A stretch of 24,855 bases of DNA. Origin: Thermodesulfobacteriota bacterium (GTDB lineage: Bacteria; Desulfobacterota; RBG-13-43-22). Below are positions 18,348 to 24,855 of the stretch, piece by piece. Position 1 is the stretch's first letter, and every line of letters begins with the position of its first letter. The translations under genes were made by a program, and so were the position numbers. The stretch is from the NCBI GenBank assembly GCA_025454185.1, contig JALOOY010000001.1, forward strand, positions 1-24,855, given 5' to 3'. A model generated the notes under the pieces. It saw only the letters and a list, made by a program, of their open reading frames with translations, was not told the origin of the DNA and did not search any database.

Positions 18348-18499
18348 AAAGACGAACATCGAACATCGAACGTTCAACATCGAACATCGAATTGCGGTTT
18401 AAAATTCTACCAAAAAAATTCAATTCTTTTGATAAGGTGTGGTTGTCATCCTTCATTCGACGTTGGACGTTCGATGTTCGATGTTGGATGTTCATCTTT
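18348..18499. repeat. Inverted pair of AACRTCS arrays flanking a ~68-bp core
   Basis: Forward array 18348-18389 and reverse array 18458-18499, each with an outer AAAGAYG end and an inner AAT end. Confidence 0.9.
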
Positions 18500-20228
18500 T
18501 TTGGCCGGCCCTTTTCCTGCGCTTCTCTAAGTAATCCGCCACCTCCCCCGCCTCCCGGGTATTGAAGACATCCTCCTTGGTCAGCCAGCCTTTGCGGGCG
18601 ATGCCCACGCCGTAGTGCACATCCGCCAACCCTTCCAGGTGGTGGGCGTCGGGGTTGATGGCGATCCGGAGTCCCAGGGACTTGGCCTTTTTCAGGAGGC
18701 GCCAGTCCAGGTCCAGACGATGGGGATTGGCGTTCAACTCGATGATTACCCCCTGCCGGGCCGCGGCCTCCAGCACGGCGTCCATATCCACCGGGTATCC
18801 ATCGCGGGCCAGGAGCAGCCGGCCGCTGGGGTGGCCCAGCATGGTGGTATAGGGGTTTTCCACGGCCCGGACGAGGCGACGGGTCATTTCCGCTTCGGTC
18901 AGGTTAAAACGGGAGTGGACCGAGGCCACGATAAAATCGAAGCGGGCCAGTTCCTGGGCGGGGTAGTCCAGGGACCCGTCGGGCCGTATGTCGGATTCGA
19001 TCCCCCGGAACAGCCGCACTTCTTTTTGCGCGCCGTTGGCCTGTCTGACTTCGGCCTCTTGGGCGCGAAGTTGTTCCGCCTTCAAACCGCCGGCATAGGC
19101 CGCCGATTGGCTGTGATCGGACAGCCCCAGGTACCCGTAGCCCTTTTCCCGGGCGGCCTGAACCCACTGATCCGGCGTGGGGCTGCCGTCGCTGCGGTAG
19201 GTATGAAGGTGAAAGGTGCCGCGCAGATCCTTTTCCTCCACCAGCTTCGGCAGGGTCTTTTCCCGGGCGGCCGCAATTTCCCCCCAGTCCTCCCGCAGTT
19301 CGGGCGGGATATAGTCCAGCCCCAGGCGCCGATAGATGTCTCCTTCGTCGCGGCAGGAAACCGGCTTTTCCCGGCGAAACAACCCGTATTCGTTGAGCTT
19401 GAAGCCCCGATCGTTGGCCAGGGACCGGAGGGCGATGTGGTGTTCCTTGCTGCCGGTAAAATGATGGAGGGCGAAGGGGAAGGCCCCCGGTGCCACTACC
19501 CGCAGGTCGGCCTGCATCCCGCTTCGCAGGCGGACGGCCGACTTGGTGGTCCCCTGGGCCAGGACTTCTTCGACTGCCGGCAGGGAGGTAAAAAAGTCCA
19601 TCAGGTCCCCGGGCCTGGCGCTTTCGGCCACCAGGTCGATGTCCTTGACGATCTCCTTGCAGCGGCGCAGGCTCCCGGCAATGGCCCCCCGCGACGCGGC
19701 CGGGTGCCCGACCAGGCTGGACAGCAATTCCTGGGCCTGTGGGTAGGCCTCTCCGAAAAGAAAGCGGCCCTGAAACTTCTTCAGGTGTTCGATACCCCGC
19801 AGGATATTCTGCTGGGATTTTTCCCCGAAACCGGGCAGCGTCACCAGCCGGTTCTCGTGGCAGGCGTATTCCAGCTCCCCCAGGGAACGGATAGACAGCC
19901 GTTCCAGCAGCTCCTTGACTTTTTTAGGCCCGAGCCCCGGCACCCGAAGCATTTCCCGTATTCCGGCCGGGAACTTCTTCTGCAGGTCCCGGTGCAGGGC
20001 CGTCTCGCCGTCCCGGACCAGCTCCGTGATCTGCTGGGACAGGGTGGCGCCGATGCCCTTGATGCGGGCCAGTTCCCCCTTGCTGATCAATTCGACGGCC
20101 GGCCGGTCCTGGATCTCGATCGTCCGAGCCCCCTGGGCGTAGGCCCGGACCTTGAAGGGGTTCTCACCGGCCAGCTCCAGCAACTGGGAGATCTCGTTCA
20201 ATACGGCGGCGATTTCCTTGTTTTCCAT
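18492..20228 (-). CDS. polX: DNA polymerase X family with C-terminal PHP (3'-5' exonuclease) domain
   Basis: ENPFKVRAY, VPGLGPKK, GSLRRCKEIVKDIDLV (DxD), ADLRVV, HFTGSKEH; PHP motifs HLHT..SDG, SDHS, GIESDI, GHPSGR, NPDAH. Confidence 0.95.
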   Translation of the reverse strand: MENKEIAAVLNEISQLLELAGENPFKVRAYAQGARTIEIQDRPAVELISKGELARIKGIGATLSQQITELVRDGETALHRDLQKKFPAGIREMLRVPGLGPKKVKELLERLSIRSLGELEYACHENRLVTLPGFGEKSQQNILRGIEHLKKFQGRFLFGEAYPQAQELLSSLVGHPAASRGAIAGSLRRCKEIVKDIDLVAESARPGDLMDFFTSLPAVEEVLAQGTTKSAVRLRSGMQADLRVVAPGAFPFALHHFTGSKEHHIALRSLANDRGFKLNEYGLFRREKPVSCRDEGDIYRRLGLDYIPPELREDWGEIAAAREKTLPKLVEEKDLRGTFHLHTYRSDGSPTPDQWVQAAREKGYGYLGLSDHSQSAAYAGGLKAEQLRAQEAEVRQANGAQKEVRLFRGIESDIRPDGSLDYPAQELARFDFIVASVHSRFNLTEAEMTRRLVRAVENPYTTMLGHPSGRLLLARDGYPVDMDAVLEAAARQGVIIELNANPHRLDLDWRLLKKAKSLGLRIAINPDAHHLEGLADVHYGVGIARKGWLTKEDVFNTREAGEVADYLEKRRKRAGQKR

Positions 20229-20229
20229 G

Positions 20230-20250
20230 GTCCGCGGCGGTCTGCGGCAA
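20230..20250. repeat. Single arm of the 13116-13220 element family
   Basis: GTCCGCGGCGGTCTGCGGC here versus GTCCGCGCGGGTCTGCGGC at 13197-13215. Confidence 0.6.
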
Positions 20251-20252
20251 AT

Positions 20253-20918
20253 TTAAAGGATGATGATCTTCTTGATCGTCCGGATCACTTCCTCCGGCTC
20301 ATCGATGACCTGGATGATATTCATGTCGTCGGCATCGATCATGCACTCCGGACAGGCCGTTTTCCGGAGCCAGTCCAGGAGCCCTTTCCAGTAGTTGCGG
20401 TCCACCAGGATTACCGGAAAGGGCTTGATGCGCTTGGTTTGAATCAGGGTGATGGCCTCGGAAAATTCATCCAAGGTCCCGAACCCGCCGGGCATGATCA
20501 CGTAGGCCACGGCATATTTTATGAACATGACCTTGCGGATGAAAAAATAGCGGAAGCTGAGGCGCACGTTGGCGTAGGGATTGGGTTTCTGCTCGTAGGG
20601 CAGCTCGATATTCAAACCCACCGATTTCCCGCCGGCCTCGGCCGCCCCCTTGTTGGCCGCCTCCATGATCCCCGGGCCGCCCCCGGAAATGACGTTGAAG
20701 CCGTGCTGCACCAGCAGGCGGGCGATCTCCACCGTCTGCTCGTAATACCGGTCTCCGGGCTTGGAGCGGGCCGAACCGAAGATGGACACGGCCGGGTGGA
20801 TGTTGGCCAGGGCCTCAAAGCCGTCCACGAATTCCGCCAGGATGCGGAACATGCGCCAGGAGTCGCGTATCGTCAGTTCATCGATGACATATTGCCGATC
20901 GTTTTTGGTTTCCAGCAT
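20253..20918 (-). CDS. LOG family nucleotide phosphoribohydrolase (TIGR00730-like)
   Basis: SIFGSAR, SGGGPGIMEAANKGA, GLNIELPYEQ, YFFIRK, PGGFGTLDE. Confidence 0.93.
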   Translation of the reverse strand: MLETKNDRQYVIDELTIRDSWRMFRILAEFVDGFEALANIHPAVSIFGSARSKPGDRYYEQTVEIARLLVQHGFNVISGGGPGIMEAANKGAAEAGGKSVGLNIELPYEQKPNPYANVRLSFRYFFIRKVMFIKYAVAYVIMPGGFGTLDEFSEAITLIQTKRIKPFPVILVDRNYWKGLLDWLRKTACPECMIDADDMNIIQVIDEPEEVIRTIKKIIIL

Positions 20919-21056
20919 ACTTTTTTCTTCCTTGTCCCGGCAGCGGGCCTATCCGGGCCGCCCGGGGACTTTTTCATTGTAATCTTTCGAATCTGCTTAT
21001 ATGATTTACCGGGACCTGTCAAGAGAATGCGCAGGTCCGGGAAAGGATCGCCACCG

Positions 21057-22643
21057 ATGCAAGTCACCTGTTTGGGCGCTACCCGTACTGTAACCGGCTC
21101 CTGTTTTCTGGTCGAAAACGAACGCCTTCGCTTCCTGGTGGATTGCGGGCTCTTTCAGGGCAGCCGGGAGATAGAGAAAAGGAACGTTTCTCTGAGCCGC
21201 TACCGGCCGTCCCGCCTCCAGTATATCCTGCTGACCCATGCCCATATCGATCACTGCGGGTTGATTCCCCGCATCGTCAAAGACGGCTTCCGGGGCAAGA
21301 TCCTCTGCACCCGGGCCACCTTCGAACTCTGCCAGATCATGCTCCGGGACAGCGCCCACATCCAGGAAATGGACGCCGAATGGCAGTCCCGGAAAAACGT
21401 CCGTTCCGGTCAAAAGCCGGTGGAACCCCTCTATACCCTGGAGGACGCCGAGGCCTGTTTCAAGTATTTCGAACCGGTGGAGCGCAACCAAGATATCCCC
21501 CTCAGCCCCGATATGCGCTGTCGTTTTCGCGACGCCGGCCATATCCTGGGGGCCTCCTTCCTCGAGATTTTTTTTCAGGAACAGGGTCGGGAAGGCAAGG
21601 TGGTCTTTTCCGGCGACCTGGGCCGGCAGAACGCCCTGATCGTCAGCGAGAAGGAAATGGTGGAAGAGGCCGACTACCTCTTCATCGAATCCACTTACGG
21701 GGATCGTCTCCATAAATCCATGGCCGACAGCCGGGCCGAGCTCCTGGCCGCCATTCACGAGGGCATCAAATACGGGGAAAAGGTCCTGATTCCGGCCTTC
21801 GCGGTGGCCCGCACCCAGGAGATCCTCTTTACCCTCCGGGAATTCATAGAGGCGGGGCAGATGCCCTCCATCCCGGTCTTTCTGGACAGCCCCCTGGCCA
21901 TCGCCGCCACGGAAATCTTCGAAAAGCATCCCGATTATTTCAACGTCCCCACGGCCCGGCTCCTGACCGAAGGGAAGGAGCCCTTCGATCTGCCCCGCTT
22001 GGAATATACCCGGACCCCGGAAGAATCCATGGCCATCAACCGTCACGAAGGGCCGGCCATCATCATCGCCGCCAGCGGCATGTGCAATGCCGGGCGCATC
22101 AAGCATCACCTCAAGCACAACCTCTGGCGGCCCGGGGCCCAGGTCGTCATCATCGGCTTTCAGGCCCAGGGCACTCTGGGCCGCTCCCTGGTCAACGGGG
22201 CGAAAAAAGTCCGCATCTTTCGGGAAGAGGTGGCGGTACGGGCCCGGATCCATACCATCGGCGGTTTTTCCGCCCATGCCGACCAGCAGGAACTGCTGAA
22301 CTGGCTGGGCCATTTCAAAAACCCGGGGCTCCAGGTCCTGGTGATCCACGGCGAGGAGTCCACCAGCCTGGCCTTCGCCGAAGCGATCCAAAAAGTTTTT
22401 CCCTTTCGGGTCCAGGTGCCCCATTGGCTGGAAGCCCTGCCCCTGGCGCCGCCGGCGACGCGGCCCGCTGAACTCACGCCGGAGACCGAGGAGGTCCTGG
22501 CCCTCTTCGCCGCCCTGGAAGCAAAATTCCACGGGGTGAAAGAGAATCTGAAAGGGATTACCGGGTTGAAAAAAGCCAAGATCCGGGAAATCAAGGCCCT
22601 GTTGAAAAAAACGGAAAAGGATCTGGAAGGGCTGATGAAGTAG
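21057..22643 (+). CDS. MBL-fold / beta-CASP ribonuclease (Ysh1-like RNA-processing metallo-hydrolase)
   Basis: ATG 21057 with GAAAGGA upstream; GATRTVTGSC, VDCGLFQG, THAHIDHCG, DAGHILG, ESTYG, FSAHAD, VIHGE; 528 aa. Confidence 0.93.
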   Translation: MQVTCLGATRTVTGSCFLVENERLRFLVDCGLFQGSREIEKRNVSLSRYRPSRLQYILLTHAHIDHCGLIPRIVKDGFRGKILCTRATFELCQIMLRDSAHIQEMDAEWQSRKNVRSGQKPVEPLYTLEDAEACFKYFEPVERNQDIPLSPDMRCRFRDAGHILGASFLEIFFQEQGREGKVVFSGDLGRQNALIVSEKEMVEEADYLFIESTYGDRLHKSMADSRAELLAAIHEGIKYGEKVLIPAFAVARTQEILFTLREFIEAGQMPSIPVFLDSPLAIAATEIFEKHPDYFNVPTARLLTEGKEPFDLPRLEYTRTPEESMAINRHEGPAIIIAASGMCNAGRIKHHLKHNLWRPGAQVVIIGFQAQGTLGRSLVNGAKKVRIFREEVAVRARIHTIGGFSAHADQQELLNWLGHFKNPGLQVLVIHGEESTSLAFAEAIQKVFPFRVQVPHWLEALPLAPPATRPAELTPETEEVLALFAALEAKFHGVKENLKGITGLKKAKIREIKALLKKTEKDLEGLMK

Positions 22644-22644
22644 G

Positions 22645-22682
22645 ATCGGACCGATCCGTCCGATCCGTCCGATCGGTCCGAT
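22645..22682. repeat. TCCGATCCG-type 9-mer palindromic repeat just after the beta-CASP stop codon
   Basis: 12-bp inverted repeat ATCGGACCGATC (22645-22656)/GATCGGTCCGAT (22671-22682); units ggaccgatc-cgtccgatc-cgtccgatc-ggtccgatt. Confidence 0.8.
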
Positions 22683-22747
22683 TATGGTATTTATCGCCAA
22701 ATAATTATGACCATGCCCTGGCCTTCCCGGATCTTTATGAAGTGGGC

Positions 22748-24855
22748 ATGTCCTACCTGGGCCTGAAAATCCTCTACCATCTGCTGAACGCCCGGCCGGA
22801 GGTGTGGGCCGAGCGTTTCTTTGCCCCGGCGCCGGACCTGGCCCGCCTGCTCAGAGAAAAGGGCCTGCCCCTGGGCTCCCTGGAATCCGGGACGCCGCTG
22901 GCCGCCTACGATCTGATCGGCTTCAGCCTGCCCTATGAATTGGGCTACACCACCGTACCGGCCATGCTGCAGATGGGGGGCGTGCCCATCCGTTCCCGGG
23001 ACCGGGACGAAGGCCACCCCCTCGTGCTGGCCGGCGGCCCCTGTGTCTTCAATCCCGAACCCTTGGCCGATTTTTTTGACGCCCTGGTGATCGGCGACGG
23101 CGAGGAGGTCATCGGGGAGCTGGCCGAGGCCGGGCTCCGTGGCCAGGAGGAGGGCCGCAGCCGGAGAGATCTGTTGCAGACCCTGGCGGCTATCGAGGGG
23201 GTTTACGTGCCCGCCGTTCACCGTCCGGATCCAGCCCTCCGGCCCCACGTGGCCATCAAAAAACGCCTGCTGGCCGATCTGGACGAAACGGACTATCCGG
23301 CCCTTGCGCCCCTGCCCTTTCACCGGGTCATCCACGATCGGTTGAGCGTGGAAATTGCACGGGGCTGCACCCGGGGTTGCCGCTTCTGCCAGGCCGGCTT
23401 TATCTACCGCCCGGTCCGGGAACGTTCGCCCCAAAAGGTCTGGGAGCTCCTGGAGGAGGGACTCCAGGAAACCGGCTACGACGAGGCCACTCTTCTTTCC
23501 TTGAGCAGCGGCGACTATACCTGCCTGGGGCAACTCCTCCCGGCCCTGATGGAGCGCTGGTCCGAAAATCGCGTGGCCCTATCATTGCCCTCCCTGCGGG
23601 TGGACACCCTCAGCCAGGAGATGATCGATCAAATCCTGCGGGTCCGGAAAACCGGATTTACCCTGGCGCCGGAGGCCGGCACCCAGCGGCTGCGGGACCT
23701 GATCAACAAGAATATCCGGGAGGAGGAAATCCTGGAAACGGCGCGCCTGGTCTTTCAGAGCGGCTGGCAGGTGCTTAAACTCTACTTCATGATCGGCCTG
23801 CCCAGTGAAACCCGCGAGGACCTTCTGGGATTGATCGACCTGGTTAAAAAGATTCAGCGGGTCAGCCGGGAGGTCTCTTCCCGGGTGCAGATCAACGTGG
23901 GGCTTTCGACCTTCGTGCCCAAGCCCCATACCCCGCTGCAGTGGGCGGCCCAGTTGTCCCCGGAGGAAAGCCGGGAACGGATCGCTTTCCTGCAGAAGGG
24001 GCTGCGCAGCAAAACGATCCAGATCAAATGGAACGACCCGCGCCTGAGTTTTTTGGAAGGCCTTCTATCCCGGGGCGACTACCGGACCGGACGACTTATC
24101 GAGCGCGCCTTCGAGCTGGGCGCCTACCTGGATGCCTGGGGGGAATATTTCAATGGACCGGCCTGGGAGCAGGCCCTGGAGGAAACCGGCCATACCGCCG
24201 AGGCCCTCTTCAGGGAGCAGGACCCGGATAAACCCCTGCCCTGGGATTTTATCGCTACCGGTGTGGACCGGGCCTACCTGCTGGAGGAATACCGGCGGGG
24301 CTCCCGCGGGGAACTGACCGCCGACTGCCGTCACGGAGAGTGCCGGCACTGCGGGCTCTGCCCGAATCGGGGTGTGGCCCCCCGGATCCACCCCCGCTTC
24401 GATCCGCCGCCCCGGCCGCCAGCGCCTTCGGCCGCCACGGAAGGCCGCCCCCTGAAAAAATTTCGTCTGCGCCTTTCCAAGGAGGGACCGGCCCGCTTTC
24501 TGGGCCACCTGGAATGGAAAGAGGCGCTGCTCCGGGCCTTCCGCCGGGCCGGAATCCCTTTGTTTTTTTCCCAGGGGTTTCACCCCCAACCCCGGGTTTC
24601 TTTCGGACCGGCCCTGCCGCTGGGTTTGGCCGGGGCCGGGGAGTGGGTGGATATCCAATGCCTGGGAGCGATCGAGGCTGCCGATATACGGGCGAAATGC
24701 GCCGGCAGGTTTTTCCCGGGAACGGCACTGCTGGAAGTGGAAGAGGTCCCGCTGAACAGCCCCCTACCCCGACCCCGGCGGCAACGCTACGTCGCCGAAA
24801 TTGACAGGTGCGATTTCGATCCGGGCCGTATACCCCAGTTTCTTGCAGACGCCTC
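22748..24855 (+). CDS. TIGR03960-family B12-binding radical SAM protein fused to a TIGR03936/DUF2344 domain; runs off the window end, 5' end defective
   Basis: Manual translation (not in the ORF track): (ALAFPDLYEVG)MSYLGLKILY..., YELGYT, GGPCVFNPEP, EIARGCTRGCRFCQAG, LPSLR, TLAPEAGTQRLR, KLYFMIGLP, FVPKPHTPLQW, DCRHGECRHCGLC. From about 24461: RFLGHLE...FSQGFHPQPRVSFGPALPLG. No stop before the window end. Confidence 0.92.
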   Translation, partial: MSYLGLKILYHLLNARPEVWAERFFAPAPDLARLLREKGLPLGSLESGTPLAAYDLIGFSLPYELGYTTVPAMLQMGGVPIRSRDRDEGHPLVLAGGPCVFNPEPLADFFDALVIGDGEEVIGELAEAGLRGQEEGRSRRDLLQTLAAIEGVYVPAVHRPDPALRPHVAIKKRLLADLDETDYPALAPLPFHRVIHDRLSVEIARGCTRGCRFCQAGFIYRPVRERSPQKVWELLEEGLQETGYDEATLLSLSSGDYTCLGQLLPALMERWSENRVALSLPSLRVDTLSQEMIDQILRVRKTGFTLAPEAGTQRLRDLINKNIREEEILETARLVFQSGWQVLKLYFMIGLPSETREDLLGLIDLVKKIQRVSREVSSRVQINVGLSTFVPKPHTPLQWAAQLSPEESRERIAFLQKGLRSKTIQIKWNDPRLSFLEGLLSRGDYRTGRLIERAFELGAYLDAWGEYFNGPAWEQALEETGHTAEALFREQDPDKPLPWDFIATGVDRAYLLEEYRRGSRGELTADCRHGECRHCGLCPNRGVAPRIHPRFDPPPRPPAPSAATEGRPLKKFRLRLSKEGPARFLGHLEWKEALLRAFRRAGIPLFFSQGFHPQPRVSFGPALPLGLAGAGEWVDIQCLGAIEAADIRAKCAGRFFPGTALLEVEEVPLNSPLPRPRRQRYVAEIDRCDFDPGRIPQFLADA

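Noticed and set aside
20996-21022. Promoter for LOG: TTGACA (21022-21017) with TATAAG (21001-20996) on the minus strand
   Set aside because: The 15-nt spacer is too short for a confident sigma70 call.
18615-21056. 1342-aa ORF 18615-22643 as a giant fusion protein
   Set aside because: The first ~810 codons are the antisense shadow of polX and LOG. The real gene starts at ATG 21057, which has an SD.

Overview
GC-rich (about 60%, by eye) chromosomal window, most consistent with an anaerobic deltaproteobacterium (Desulfobacterota-like). It is mostly housekeeping: a partial class II cyclic-nucleotide phosphodiesterase, B12-radical SAM, mpl, a secreted 7-heme cytochrome c, dtd, MaoC, DUF1285-like, GT9, cupin, trmFO-topA-dprA, yajC-tgt-queA-DUF2065-FmdB, an orphan ABC ATPase, nth, PolX-PHP, LOG, a beta-CASP MBL nuclease and a partial TIGR03960/DUF2344 radical SAM fusion. 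I found no tRNA, rRNA, CRISPR array, transposase, integrase or recognisable defence system. The most unusual signal is intergenic: by my count 16 of 17 gaps of 20 bp or more carry short 7-bp or 9-bp periodic and/or palindromic elements from several unrelated sequence families (one of the 16 is degenerate). These include 8 polar AACRTCS arrays with fixed ends, MITE-like inverted pairs and hairpin modules nested inside other palindromes, with no mobilising enzyme in the window. Other points: a cryptic frameshifted gene remnant (4887-5154), an N-terminally defective radical SAM gene, and a possibly lost eighth heme site in the cytochrome. All family assignments come from motif recognition, not database searches.
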